64,000 bases of DNA from an uncultured Pseudomonadota bacterium (GCA_963736005.1 CAVTNB010000003.1:1-64000), one strand, 5' to 3'; positions 47,232 through 58,205 are shown, counted from the stretch's first letter. Numbers and translations: made by a program. The notes: generated by a model from the sequence alone, not told the origin.

Positions 47232-48438
47232 AGCGCAGCGCGTCGATCGGATTGAGGTACGACGCTCGCACCGCCGGATAGGTGCCGAAGAGTATGCCGA
47301 CCCCTACCGAAAAGGCGATGGCGACCAGGATGATCGGTCCCCAGGCGAACGACACAAGCGCGGGGGTGAGCAGTCTGATCCACGTGTGAATCACGATCTC
47401 TGCAAGCGCGACACCGCTGAGCAAACCAATGAACCCGCCGATGACGCACAGCAAGAGTGCTTCGATAAAGAATTGGAGCACGATGTCGCCCCGCGTCGCG
47501 CCGATGGCTTTGCGAATGCCGATCTCGCGCGTTCGTTCTGTCACGGAAACCAGCATAATGTTCATGATGCCGACGCCGCCTACGACGAGCGAAATGCTGG
47601 CAACGACGCCGATGACGGCCGTGAGCACGCTGAAGACCTTTGTGATGGCATCGCTCAACTGCTTGATATCGCGTTCCTCGTATTGCGCACGCCCGCCGTG
47701 GAGTTTCTTGAGCGCAGCAATTGCTTCGTTACTGACGCCCGGCAAGCTCACGGTATCCTGGGCAACGATCGTCAAACCAAAGATATTTGTGTAGCCGAGC
47801 TCCGGAATAAGCGTGTACGGTACGATGATCGTCGAGAGCCCGGCCGCGCTGCCACCCAACAACCCAGCGTTGATCGGGGGAGCTTGCACGCCGATGATGG
47901 CGAAGTCACTGCCGTTGAGCCTCACGTGCTGCCCGAGTGCCGAACCGGCCACTTCAGGAAGCAGCTCCTTGCGCGCTCGATCAGACAGGATCGCAACCTT
48001 GCGGTGCGCGGCGAGGTCGTGTTCGTCAAAAAGGCGTCCTTCCGAGAGCGGCGTGGTATCCACCCCTTGGCCCACCCCGGCTGTTACCACCCGGACTGTC
48101 TTGTCCTGATGATTGGCGCGCGTCTCCATGCTGATCGAAAGGATGGGCAGAACGTCCTTGGCATCTGGCACCATTGTGCGCACGCGCAATGCATCGTCGT
48201 AGCGGATGACCGCAAGCTGCGGGTCGGGCTGATCTTCCTTGGGGAATATAAACGCCGACGCCAGCGAGTACGGCGAGAGGATATTCAGCACGGATTTTGT
48301 GGTCGCGTCGCCGACTGCCAGAATCGCGATCACCGACCCCACGCCGATGATGAGCCCCAGCATAGTGAGCAGCGAGCGCAGAGGGTTGTGCCAAATGACG
48401 TCGAGCGCTTGAGCAAGGAACTCTGCGAGTTTATTCAT
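47224..48438 (-). CDS. ABC transporter permease (MacB/FtsX type)
   Basis: RSLLTMLGLIIG, GIMNIMLVSVTERTREIGIRKAIGA. Confidence 0.95.
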   Translation of the reverse strand: MNKLAEFLAQALDVIWHNPLRSLLTMLGLIIGVGSVIAILAVGDATTKSVLNILSPYSLASAFIFPKEDQPDPQLAVIRYDDALRVRTMVPDAKDVLPILSISMETRANHQDKTVRVVTAGVGQGVDTTPLSEGRLFDEHDLAAHRKVAILSDRARKELLPEVAGSALGQHVRLNGSDFAIIGVQAPPINAGLLGGSAAGLSTIIVPYTLIPELGYTNIFGLTIVAQDTVSLPGVSNEAIAALKKLHGGRAQYEERDIKQLSDAITKVFSVLTAVIGVVASISLVVGGVGIMNIMLVSVTERTREIGIRKAIGATRGDIVLQFFIEALLLCVIGGFIGLLSGVALAEIVIHTWIRLLTPALVSFAWGPIILVAIAFSVGVGILFGTYPAVRASYLNPIDALRYE

Positions 48439-49633
48439 GCCGCAAGCAATCAATAGGCGAGAGGGAGGCGGCGCGCGTGGCGGGATAGGTGCCGAAAAAA
48501 ATGCCGACGAGCACGGAAAAGCTTACCGAAGTAATCAGGATCGAAAACCAGTTGATTGGCACTGCCTGGCTCGAGAGTTTATTAATTACAAGAACGTTCG
48601 TGAGCAGAGCGGTGCCGACCCCGATGACGGTCCCAATGGCACCCCCGATGAGCGTGATGGCTACTGCCTCAGCTAAGAATTGCCACACGATGTCACGACG
48701 CGACGCTCCTATAGCCTTTCGTATGCCGATCTCTCGCGTCCGTTCGACAACCGAGACAAGCATGATATTCATGACGCCGATCCCGCCAACGATAAGCGCA
48801 ATGAATCCGATGGCGGATATCCCGATAGCGACGGCTTCGATCACCGTTTGAAACTGGTTGACCTGTTCGGTAAAATCTTGCGCTTCGAAGGCAGCGTGTG
48901 GTCCATGGATGTGTTTGAGAATGCCTTGGACCTCGTCAATCACCGCGGCGGTACTCGCGTCTGGCTTCGCCCATACTTGGAGATAGACGATTTGCGAGCC
49001 GGGTAAGCGATGGTACGTGGTATATGGGATGTTGATAAGATCGTCGCTTCCTCCGCCGATGCCGCCGAGTAAGCCGAGACTGATCGGTGCATACACCCCA
49101 ACGACGAGAAAGCGACGGTCGTAGATGCGCACGTATTTCCCGACTGCGGGACCATCGCCCAAGAGTTTTTGTTTCGTGGGCATGACGAGGTTGGCAACAG
49201 CTCGTGCGCCCTGGACATCATCTGCGTTGAAACGCCGGCCTTCGGCCATGGGGAGTTTGTCTGGGATGAAGTCTGTGTCGGAGGAAACTTCAAAGGTGTC
49301 GTTCGCGTGTCCTGACCGTATGGTGATGTACGAGTCGTACACCGGTGCGACTGACAGACATCGCGAGCAGCCGTCGCGGATTGCGGCAAAATCTCGCCAT
49401 TCGAGTTGAACGGTTTCCATTCTTCGAGTCCCGCCACCGGGACTGATGATGATGCCTTGGTTACCGAACTGAGCCAGGCTGAGTCGAATAGACGATGATG
49501 CGCTCTGACCGAGCGCAAAAATCGAAATCACAGCGGCCGTCCCAATGACGATGCCGATCATGGTGAGAATCGAGCGCGCGCGATTTGCCCAGAGTGTTTC
49601 GAATGCCGAGCCGAAGAATTCCCAGAATTTCAC
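48431..49633 (-). CDS. ABC transporter permease (MacB/FtsX type)
   Basis: RSILTMIGIVIG, VMNIMLVSVVERTREIGIRKAIGA. Confidence 0.95.
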   Translation of the reverse strand: MKFWEFFGSAFETLWANRARSILTMIGIVIGTAAVISIFALGQSASSSIRLSLAQFGNQGIIISPGGGTRRMETVQLEWRDFAAIRDGCSRCLSVAPVYDSYITIRSGHANDTFEVSSDTDFIPDKLPMAEGRRFNADDVQGARAVANLVMPTKQKLLGDGPAVGKYVRIYDRRFLVVGVYAPISLGLLGGIGGGSDDLINIPYTTYHRLPGSQIVYLQVWAKPDASTAAVIDEVQGILKHIHGPHAAFEAQDFTEQVNQFQTVIEAVAIGISAIGFIALIVGGIGVMNIMLVSVVERTREIGIRKAIGASRRDIVWQFLAEAVAITLIGGAIGTVIGVGTALLTNVLVINKLSSQAVPINWFSILITSVSFSVLVGIFFGTYPATRAASLSPIDCLRHE

Positions 49634-51043
49634 GATGAAGGCGAAGCGCTGGGTGATGGTTGGATCTTGACCGCGGCGCCATCTTTGAGATCCTTGACGT
49701 TCGTCGTCGCAACCACGTCTCCAGCCTTGAGCCCCTTGGTGATGACCACGTCAGTGTCGCTGGCCAGCCCTTTGCTAACCTCCACTTTGGCGACACTTGT
49801 TCTTTTTGACGACGAACACGTAGTGTTTGTTGCCGTCATCCAGAACGGCAGCGAGTGGCACAACGAGCGCGTTCTTGGCGATGCCGGTGATAATGTCCAC
49901 GTCACACGACATTCCCGTGCGCAGGAACCCATACTCTCGATCGAGCGCAATGGTCGTCTCGACATTCTTGGCGCTGTTGCCCGCTTGGCTTACCTGGACG
50001 ACAACGACGCCAATATTGCTCACCGTGCCCGGCAGCGTCCGACCGGGAAAATCCTCGCCCGAGATCAGGGCGTGCTGGCCGAGCTTCACGTTGATGATGT
50101 CTTGTTCGTCAACCTGAGCCTTGACGACCATCGGCCCCGCACTGGCAATCGTGAAGAGCACTTGGCCTGGGGCAACGGCGTCGCCCTCGACCAGCGGATT
50201 GGTCGAGCCCGTTTCCGTGCCAAGTTGCTGGATCACGCCATCGAAAGGCGCGCGAACTTCGGTGTCCGTAAGATAGGACGAGTGAAGCGTAAGCGCTGCG
50301 TTTCCAGAGTCGAGCTGCGCCTGCGCGCTGGCAACCGAAATGCGGTCGGCTTGAATCTGAGTGCCCAGCTGGCCTCCGGTTTCGCGAAGCTGCTGTTTAA
50401 GCAAATCGTATTGCTGCTGCGCGGCCGCTTGGTTAGCGAGGGCTTCATTATAGGTAGCCCTATCTTTATCCAACTGTTGGCGCGCCAAACCGTTGATTTG
50501 GAAGAGCGCTTGGTCTGCATTATAAGCTTCTTTGGCTGTTTGCAAGTCGAGCCGAGCGGCCGCGAGCGTTTGTTCGGCCTGAACGAGCTGCGAGGCGCCA
50601 GAAAGTCCAATGGATGCGCCGCCGAGGCCGCCAGAGATTTGTCCTTCGCTCTTCGCGTTAATGTCGGCTTGGAGACGCGCTTGCGCTGCCGAGAGCGTAG
50701 CGCGGGCTTCTGCAACCGAGGCTTGGTCTGTGGCAACCGAGGCGGCGATCTGCCGATCGTCGAGTTTCATCAGCAAGTCACCGCTGCGCACGTGCTGACT
50801 CTCCCGCGCGGCGATCGAAACGATGTTGCTGCTCACCTCCGCTGCAATGGTCACCGTTTGCGGCCGCGACAAAACGCCATTTTCTGGCAGTTTGACCGTC
50901 AACGTGGTGGGCTTCACAAGCGCGGTGTTGACTTCGACAGCGTCAGGTCCGCGACGACCCAAGACTCCAACGCCGATGAGCAGCAGCACGCCAAGGGCAA
51001 CCAAACCGATGCGCCACCTTGGGTTACTCCAGATTTTTTTCAT
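49630..51043 (-). CDS. Periplasmic adaptor (MacA/HlyD type), frameshifted near 49797 in this sequence
   Basis: Main frame ends VVKKNKCRQSGG*; the expected tail VEVSKGL...GLKAGDVV continues in another frame to TGA 49630, overlapping the next GTG. Confidence 0.85.
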
Positions 51044-52473
51044 ACTGCCCCCGTCAGGGTTCCCGTCGCCTTCTTCAGCGCTGCTATGCCCAAGAGATAT
51101 GCCACCTGCGCATTCACTAAGTCCTTTGCCGCGGTGAGGTATGACTGCTGCGCCGCAGCGACGTCGGTCTGGCTGATGATTCCCACTTTGTACTGAGCCG
51201 CGGAAATGAAGGCAGCCTGCTTCGCAACTTCGACGTTGCTCGCGGCGAGCGTCAAGTTATCTCGGTCGACCAGTAGACGCCGAACAGCCTGGTCGACATC
51301 GATCAAAGCTTGTTGCTTCGTGCTCGCCAGCTGGGCTATCTGCGAGTCGATCTCGCGATGTGCGCTCGTGTGAGCCGCATGCAGCGTACCATAGTCGATG
51401 AGGGGCAGCGTCCAGGTCGAGATGATCGAGATCTCGTAGAAATGCGATCCACCTGGCTCGCACGCCGATGGCGGATTGCCCGCCGCGACGCAGGCGTTGA
51501 AATTATTAAGGATCAACGCGTTATTCGTAGGCGACACTTGGTTGCCCCACGCCCCCGTCATCTGGACGTTCGGTCGGTTGGGCGCGTCAACCATGTTATC
51601 ACTGATCAGCGCAGCGTTGAGCTGCGCTTCCGCGATGGCCACCTCGGGGCGGTTCGCCAAAGCAAGCTGGTCGAGCGCGTTGCGGTCAAGGTTCGGCAGC
51701 GGCGGCTCCGGCAAGGTGCTTGGAATAGCGAACTGTTGCGCCATTGGCGCGCCGATGAGCTGCGCGAGGTTTTCTCGTGCATCCTCTTGGTCCGCTTGCG
51801 CGGAGGCAAACTGCTCGAGGGCAGACGTGTAGGCGACTTGCGCCTTGAGCCGATCCAAGCCTGCCACTTTTCCGGCACGGTAATTGACATCGGCGATTTG
51901 CGTGAGCGTGCGGTTATAGTTGACATTCTCCTGTGCGATGCCGGTGAGTTGCTCGTCTTGCGCGACGGCATAAAATGATGTTTCGACGTTTTGCGTCGAC
52001 TGCTCTTGTGCGAGAACGAGTTGCTGTTTCGCCTGATCGTACGCTTGCTTGTCGCTTCTGGCTTGATCGATGTTCGTGAGGTTCAAGCCGTTAAAGTTTG
52101 CGCGCAGTGCAGCAGTATTTTGAGAAAAGGTGGGGGCAACAGGCACGCCGATTTGTGCGAACTGTCCGCTGTTGGCGCTCTTCTGCATCTGATTTTGGAG
52201 GTTTCCGCTGACTGTTGGGAGCGTCGCGGCGCGATCGCGCGCCAGCGTCGCGCCGGCGTCGGACACGGCGGCCGAAGCTTTGATCACCGCAGGATTGTGC
52301 GCCAGCCCGAAGTCGACCGCTTGCTCCAGCGTCATGGGTTGGGTTGCATCCGGGCTCGTGCCACTTGCGCGCGCGGCATCTTGCGCAAACACGAGCGCGA
52401 ACACCGCAAGCGCGCACGTCAAGGACGCAAACAGTGCAACCCTAGCGCGGCAGCCTGGAACGCCTCCCATCAT
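51040..52473 (-). CDS. TolC family outer-membrane efflux protein
   Basis: Signal peptide, TLEQAV..GL..NP, ALANRPE, Y.AG, Y.VG repeats. Confidence 0.88.
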   Translation of the reverse strand: MMGGVPGCRARVALFASLTCALAVFALVFAQDAARASGTSPDATQPMTLEQAVDFGLAHNPAVIKASAAVSDAGATLARDRAATLPTVSGNLQNQMQKSANSGQFAQIGVPVAPTFSQNTAALRANFNGLNLTNIDQARSDKQAYDQAKQQLVLAQEQSTQNVETSFYAVAQDEQLTGIAQENVNYNRTLTQIADVNYRAGKVAGLDRLKAQVAYTSALEQFASAQADQEDARENLAQLIGAPMAQQFAIPSTLPEPPLPNLDRNALDQLALANRPEVAIAEAQLNAALISDNMVDAPNRPNVQMTGAWGNQVSPTNNALILNNFNACVAAGNPPSACEPGGSHFYEISIISTWTLPLIDYGTLHAAHTSAHREIDSQIAQLASTKQQALIDVDQAVRRLLVDRDNLTLAASNVEVAKQAAFISAAQYKVGIISQTDVAAAQQSYLTAAKDLVNAQVAYLLGIAALKKATGTLTGAV

Positions 52474-53201
52474 TTGGCGAAAAGCGCGCCAAGACAGGCC
52501 ACGAGGAGGGCGAGGACCACAACCGTCGCAATCGCAGCACCACGGCTCATTTTCATAACTTGCTCGAGCGCGATAACAGCAGCAATGTAGAACCAGATGT
52601 TAATGATGTTGAATCCGTAGAGAAACATCTCGACCTTGGGCGAACCGTGCACGAACATACCCAAGGAGGGGAGCGCGTACATATCGGCAGCGGTGTTGAC
52701 GCTATTCACCCCCCGCAACATAACGATGATCGCGCTGATGATGCTTCCAAGAGCCGCGATGATGTAGAGGTTGACGGCGATGACCCATGCACCTTTGAAG
52801 CGCGCTTCTCCGCCGCTCAGCGAAGCACCGATAATGTAGACGACCGCTCCGACCAGCCAGAAGAGCCAGGGCACGATGGCCGCAGCAACCAAGCCGAAGA
52901 CTGCATAGAACGACGAGGGGAGCTTCGCCATGGCTTGACGCGCGGCGGCGGCTTGATCTGCCGACATTTGCGAGAGCTGCTTCTCTTGCGCGATGTGCGT
53001 GAAGTGCATCGTCGCGGGAAGTAAGATGAAGGTACCAATGAGGGTCAGCAGGATACCGATGATCGCAGCCCAGCCCCACGTCGGGACTCGCGCTAAAGTG
53101 GCGAACGCTTCACCAGGAGCATACAGGACCTTGAGATAGGTAACCACGCCGTTTGATCGTTCGGTTGGCGCCGTCGAAAAATGGTCAGGTGTCAGACTCA
53201 T
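52470..53201 (-). CDS. Yip1-domain membrane protein (YknW-like)
   Basis: VLYAPGEAF N-terminus, ~5 TM, first gene of the exporter operon; AGGAG RBS. Confidence 0.8.
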   Translation of the reverse strand: MSLTPDHFSTAPTERSNGVVTYLKVLYAPGEAFATLARVPTWGWAAIIGILLTLIGTFILLPATMHFTHIAQEKQLSQMSADQAAAARQAMAKLPSSFYAVFGLVAAAIVPWLFWLVGAVVYIIGASLSGGEARFKGAWVIAVNLYIIAALGSIISAIIVMLRGVNSVNTAADMYALPSLGMFVHGSPKVEMFLYGFNIINIWFYIAAVIALEQVMKMSRGAAIATVVVLALLVACLGALFAK

Positions 53202-53344
53202 GAGTACTCCTCTTTACTTGCCACATGAGCAATCCCGCCTGGGGCATAGGCCTGGGCAAGCCTCGGCATTCGACCCATGTGCTCAATTACCCGCGCGAGT
53301 TCACGACAGACTGCCGGAAATGAAAAAGTGCGTGCGCGACTGCT

Positions 53345-54517
53345 TCAGTTCTCGTTGCTGGTATTCCAGGCTGGCTTAGGATGAAAGTTGGGCGTGGAAA
53401 TAAGACGCACTTGCCTGTTCGGGGACGCGACGACAAATGCACCCTCATCCTCCCGCGTAAAGGTGTAGGGCTTACCGCTTAGGGCGATCTGTCGTGCTCG
53501 TGCGTACGCTGCGGCATCCGGCACAAAGAGATGGCGTCCGATGTGTAGCACGGTGACGTTAAAAAAAGCAGCCATGATAACCGAGCACGCGAGAGCATAT
53601 TTGGCGAGCACTGGCCGGCGCGCGATGGCAATGGCTGCACCAATCGCAATGAGCGTGACAAGCGGTACGGAATAGTGGGTACCGGCACGTGCCATGGGGT
53701 AGGCCCAGTACCCATTCATCGTAATTTCGGCGACCAGGGGGAAGGCAAGCGCAATGCGCCAGCCAAGGGCGAGCGGCGCAAAGGCAAATGGCGCGAGCAC
53801 CTCAGCCAGGAACGCCAAGTCCTGCCTCCACCACTGTATCTGCAACCCATACTCGGGGCCGACCGGTCTATGGCCAAGAGCGAAAAGGATGCCGTAATAG
53901 ATTGCGCCGTTGACGGCGGCCAGCCCAATAACGGCCCAGCCAAAGCGGCGATCGTACCAAATCGCTGCGGCGATGCCGAACCATGCGAGAAACCAGATTT
54001 GGTCCTCCTTCACTCCCATCAAGAGCTGCGCGAGCACTAAGGTAGTGAGCAGCGAACGGCGCTGCACCGCAAGCGCCAGCGAAAAAGCAAGCAACGGCAC
54101 GAAGACGTTTTCGGAAAAATCCATGTAGGCGAAGCCTTGCGTCGACGGACTGACCAGATAGGCGAGCGCGAGCAGCTGTGCGGGCACGTCCGCGAGGCCG
54201 CACCCACGAGCAAAATAGTAAAGCGGCAGTGCAGCAAGACTAATGGCAAGAACTTGAATGACGAGCAGCGTTTCCGGTCGCGGAAACATGGCCGCAAGCG
54301 GAGCAAGGATCAAGAGCGCCCACGAGTCGTGGACTGCAAGATGAGGCTGCCCCTCGGGCCAGTTGAACGTCGAACCGGAATGCGCAAAGTTGAGCAGCGT
54401 CTGTAGGAAGGTGCCGACGTCCGAGCCGTAGCGTAACGCATAGAGCTTGTTGAGATCTAAGAAAATGTAGATCCCGGTGAAGGCAACGATACCAAACCAA
54501 ACGTAACGCGGCGTCAA
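53345..54517 (-). CDS. DUF2079-like membrane protein (GT-C-like)
   Basis: D.G.F.Q, HLAVH, TLLVIQ, DF.E, VKED motifs; multi-TM. Confidence 0.75.
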   Translation of the reverse strand: MTPRYVWFGIVAFTGIYIFLDLNKLYALRYGSDVGTFLQTLLNFAHSGSTFNWPEGQPHLAVHDSWALLILAPLAAMFPRPETLLVIQVLAISLAALPLYYFARGCGLADVPAQLLALAYLVSPSTQGFAYMDFSENVFVPLLAFSLALAVQRRSLLTTLVLAQLLMGVKEDQIWFLAWFGIAAAIWYDRRFGWAVIGLAAVNGAIYYGILFALGHRPVGPEYGLQIQWWRQDLAFLAEVLAPFAFAPLALGWRIALAFPLVAEITMNGYWAYPMARAGTHYSVPLVTLIAIGAAIAIARRPVLAKYALACSVIMAAFFNVTVLHIGRHLFVPDAAAYARARQIALSGKPYTFTREDEGAFVVASPNRQVRLISTPNFHPKPAWNTSNEN

Positions 54518-54564
54518 TATTGACCAATGTCGAAAGTTTGGGCGCTAGCGATGCCGGAACCTTG

Positions 54565-54646
54565 CGCGCGAATAAATTCGCGCGACTACATTGGGGCGAT
54601 TTTCCAATCGCCCCCTACACATGCGCGAAGAAATTCGCGCGACTAG
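54565..54646 (-). repeat. GTAG-type REP cluster (three palindromes)
   Basis: CGCGCGAAT-AA-ATTCGCGCG-ACTACA, GGGGCGATTTTCCAATCGCCCCCTACA, GCGCGAAGAAATTCGCGCGACTAG. Confidence 0.75.
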
Positions 54647-54649
54647 ATT

Positions 54650-55867
54650 TTATTCGTGTCGCAGGGCTTCGATAGGGTTGAGCAGCGAGGCGCGCCTGGC
54701 TGGATAGAATCCAAACACGATACCGACCAGCGCTGCGAAGGTGAACGACATGATAATCGACACGGGTGAGACGATAACCGTCCAACCGCCAAGCGCAGAC
54801 GCGAGGAACGAGGAGAGCAGTCCGGCGAGAATCCCGATAATGCCGCCGATCAAGGCGAGCACGACCGCTTCCACAAGGAACTGAAGCATCACATCGCGCT
54901 CTTTTGCACCCACGGCCATGCGAATGCCAATTTCACGCGTTCGCTCGGTCACAGATACGAGCATGATGTTCATGATCCCAATGCCCCCAACGATCAGAGA
55001 GACTGCTGCAACGCTCGCCAGCAACACTGACTGCACGCGTGACGTGGCGCTCGCTGCTTGCTGGACATTGGAGATGTTGCGAATTGAGAAATCGTCAGGC
55101 TGTTTCGGCGTGAGGCCGTGCCGCAAGCGCAGCAGCGATTCCGTCGAACTGATGATAGCGGCCACTTGATCAGGCGATTGCGCAGAGATCGTTATGGAGC
55201 TCAGCCAGTTTTGGCCCGTGAGTCGAATCTGCAACGAGTTGAGGGGAATGACGACCTGATCGTCCTGATCCCTGCCAAAGCCTGTCTGACCCTTTGACGC
55301 GAGCACCCCAATGACTTGGAAGGGCACGTTGTGGATGACCACCGTCTGGCCAACTGGGTTTGTTGTGGGAAAGAGATTGGTTACCACGGTTTGACCGAGC
55401 ACAGCCACCTTCGCCATCTCCTGATTTTCGTCAGAGGTGAAGAATCGGCCGCTTCCAACTGCCCAAGCATTTGCCTGAAGCCACGATGGCGTCGTTCCAA
55501 GAATTTGCGTCGCCCAGTTATTGCCGCCCGCAACCACTTGCGCTGACGTGCCTGCTTGGGGGGCCACGGCCGCCGCGCCCGGTATCTGCGCAGCGATGGC
55601 GGCTGCATCGCTTGCTCGCAGCGATTGACGCGCGCCCGAGCCAAGGCTCACTCCACCCTGGATGATGTTGCCCGGGACGACGACGACGAGGTTGCTGCCG
55701 AGCCGTGCTAGTTGCGCCGCCACCGCAGCGCTCGCCCCGTTGCCGATCGCCATTGAGGTGATGACCGCGCCGACACCAATGATGATGCCGAGCATGGTGA
55801 GGATCGAGCGGAATGCATTAAGGACGAGCGCCTGCCATGCAACGTTGAACAGCGATCTCATGTTCAT
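54650..55867 (-). CDS. ABC transporter permease (MacB type)
   Basis: RSILTMLGIIIGV, GIMNIMLVSVTERTREIGIRMAVGA. Confidence 0.95.
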   Translation of the reverse strand: MNMRSLFNVAWQALVLNAFRSILTMLGIIIGVGAVITSMAIGNGASAAVAAQLARLGSNLVVVVPGNIIQGGVSLGSGARQSLRASDAAAIAAQIPGAAAVAPQAGTSAQVVAGGNNWATQILGTTPSWLQANAWAVGSGRFFTSDENQEMAKVAVLGQTVVTNLFPTTNPVGQTVVIHNVPFQVIGVLASKGQTGFGRDQDDQVVIPLNSLQIRLTGQNWLSSITISAQSPDQVAAIISSTESLLRLRHGLTPKQPDDFSIRNISNVQQAASATSRVQSVLLASVAAVSLIVGGIGIMNIMLVSVTERTREIGIRMAVGAKERDVMLQFLVEAVVLALIGGIIGILAGLLSSFLASALGGWTVIVSPVSIIMSFTFAALVGIVFGFYPARRASLLNPIEALRHE

Positions 55868-56571
55868 GCAGCCACCGCCTTGTCGTTCACGATCTGACCG
55901 TCGCGGAACGTAATCTCCCGTTTTGCCCAGGCCGCGATGTCGGGCTCGTGCGTGACCAAGACAATGGAAATGCCCCGCGAGTCGTTGAGACCGCGGAAGA
56001 GTTGCATGATCTCTTTGCTGCTGGCTGAATCCAAGTTGCCGGTCGGCTCATCCGCGAGAATCAGGGACGGCTGGTTGACCAAGGCGCGCGCGATCGCAAC
56101 GCGCTGCTGCTGGCCGCCTGAGAGTTCTGTGGGTCTGTGATGCAGTCGCTCGCCCAAGCCGACGCTCACGAGCGCTTCGCGAGCCCGAGTCTCGCGCTCT
56201 TGGGGCGGGACCGAAGCGTAGAGCATTGGGAGCGCCACGTTGTCGAGCGCCGTTGTGCGAGCAAGCAGGTTAAAGCCTTGGAAGACGAAGCCGATGCGCT
56301 TGTTGCGAATCGCCGCCAATTCGTCGCGCGACATGGTTGCCACATCCTGGCCCTCCAAGAAGATGGATCCAGAGCTTGGTGAATCCAAGCAGCCGATGAG
56401 GTTCATAAAAGTTGACTTGCCCGATCCGGAGGCGCCCATGACAGCGACGAACTCACCCGGCGCGACCGCAACCGAGACGCCGTTGAGCGCATTGACTTGC
56501 ATCGAGCCCAATTGATAGATCTTGTGCAAATCGCGCGTTTCGACGACCGGGGACCGCTTGGCGTCCATCAA
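55864..56571 (-). CDS. ABC transporter ATP-binding protein (MacB type)
   Basis: [25 protein letters not shown]. Confidence 0.95.
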   Translation of the reverse strand: MMDAKRSPVVETRDLHKIYQLGSMQVNALNGVSVAVAPGEFVAVMGASGSGKSTFMNLIGCLDSPSSGSIFLEGQDVATMSRDELAAIRNKRIGFVFQGFNLLARTTALDNVALPMLYASVPPQERETRAREALVSVGLGERLHHRPTELSGGQQQRVAIARALVNQPSLILADEPTGNLDSASSKEIMQLFRGLNDSRGISIVLVTHEPDIAAWAKREITFRDGQIVNDKAVAA

Positions 56572-58040
56572 CCGCGCCCCGCTCCGAGGCCGGGACCCAA
56601 CCCGGTTGGACTCGAACCGCTGGTGGAGCTACTGCGAATTTCACTCGTAATGACAAGGTCACCAGATTTCAGGCTGCCTTGCGCTACTTCAACGTTGTTG
56701 CCATCTGAGTATCCGATCACAACGGGCGTTGCGACGGGCTTGTTCTTGGCCAACACCCAGAGGGTCACGTGTGAGCCGGGCGCGCCCGCCACAGGCGGGG
56801 GCGACGACGATGCACTGGGTGCGCCGCTTGCCCCGGCCGCACGGCTTGCGCCAGCGGTGTGCGAAGCGTGTTGAGCCGAGGGCCGATACAGCAGCGCTGC
56901 CAGCGGCACCGTCAGGACGTTCGAGCGGTGCACGACATCGATCGTGACGTTCGCCGTCATGCCCGGCTTGAGACGTTCTTGCTCGTCGTGCACGATGACG
57001 ACCGCGTCGTACGTGACGACGTTTTGTACCGTCGTCGGATTCACGCGCACTTGGTTGACGATGCCCTTAAAGACAACGTTTGGGTATGCGGGCGCGGTAA
57101 TATACGCGGTTTGACCGGCGCGGAGCTGACCAACATCGGCTTCGTCGACCGAGACGTCAACTTCCATGTCCTTGAGACTCGAGGCAATCACAAACAGTGT
57201 GGGCGTTTGTAGCGAGGCGGCAACCGTTTGGCCAACGCTGACATTGCGCGACACCACGATGCCATCGATGGGACTCGTAATGACCGTACGGCTGAGATTA
57301 TAATTCGCTTGTTCGGCTTGCGCCGCTGCAACCTCCACCTGCGCCCGCGAAGCTAGAGCCTGACTCTGTGAGACTTGCTCGCCCGCGTTTGCTCCCACTA
57401 CCTGCGCCGTGCCGCCCCTCGCCTGCTGCTCTGCCGCGGCCAATGCTTGCAGATTACTGTTTTCGGCCGCCAGGTCTGTGTCCAACTGACTTTGCGAGAT
57501 GTAACCCTGAGCCATCAGCGCACGATCGCGGCTTACCGTGATGCTTGATAAGGTCTCTTGCGCTTGAGCTTTCTTGACGTTCGCGATGAGCTGCTGTTCG
57601 TTCGCCTGCATGTTCTGCGTGTTAGCGGCATTTTGGGCCACCGTACCTGATCCGGCGGCTGCTTGGGCCTTCGCAACGTCAAGGGTGGCATTGGCCTGAT
57701 CGGCCGCGGCTTGGAAGCTCGTCGGATCGAGTTTGGCGAGAACTTCACCCTTGCGCACGATGGAATTGTAGTCCACGAACAACTGCGAAATCGTGCCGGA
57801 CACTTGCGTGCCGACGTTGACCTCGTCGACTGGGTTGACGGTGCCGGTTTCTTCGATCACCGAGTTGACGTCCGCGTACTGCGCCTGAGCCGTCACATAG
57901 TGAGTGTCGTTTTTGCTCTGCGAAGCATGCACGACAAAAAGAACAATAACGAGTGCCGCGACAGCAACTCCGCCGATGAGAAGTGGTTTCCTGTTCTTGA
58001 AATTCATACTCATTCCAACCTTCGTCGCTCTATCGATCAT
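56568..58040 (-). CDS. Periplasmic adaptor (MacA type)
   Basis: VGTQVSG.I..L.VDYNS.V.KG, SPIDGIV, GQTVAAS.QTPTLF, PGMTA. Confidence 0.93.
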   Translation of the reverse strand: MIDRATKVGMSMNFKNRKPLLIGGVAVAALVIVLFVVHASQSKNDTHYVTAQAQYADVNSVIEETGTVNPVDEVNVGTQVSGTISQLFVDYNSIVRKGEVLAKLDPTSFQAAADQANATLDVAKAQAAAGSGTVAQNAANTQNMQANEQQLIANVKKAQAQETLSSITVSRDRALMAQGYISQSQLDTDLAAENSNLQALAAAEQQARGGTAQVVGANAGEQVSQSQALASRAQVEVAAAQAEQANYNLSRTVITSPIDGIVVSRNVSVGQTVAASLQTPTLFVIASSLKDMEVDVSVDEADVGQLRAGQTAYITAPAYPNVVFKGIVNQVRVNPTTVQNVVTYDAVVIVHDEQERLKPGMTANVTIDVVHRSNVLTVPLAALLYRPSAQHASHTAGASRAAGASGAPSASSSPPPVAGAPGSHVTLWVLAKNKPVATPVVIGYSDGNNVEVAQGSLKSGDLVITSEIRSSSTSGSSPTGLGPGLGAGRG

Positions 58041-58205
58041 TCCCTAATGGAACGTGAATTGGTGAGCACGTTTCATGAGAGAAAGGTGAAGTCGTTCCGG
58101 TTTCCGACCAACGTCGAAGGTTCACCGCGTCTATTGTACCGCTAGATTCATAGAAGTGGCTGAGACAGCGGACGTGGAATGTGTGATGCAGTGAGGAGGC
58201 CTTTG

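Noticed and set aside
47194..51196. Long plus-strand ORFs of 420 aa and 509 aa
   Set aside because: Antisense shadows of the permease and adaptor genes, expected in GC-rich DNA
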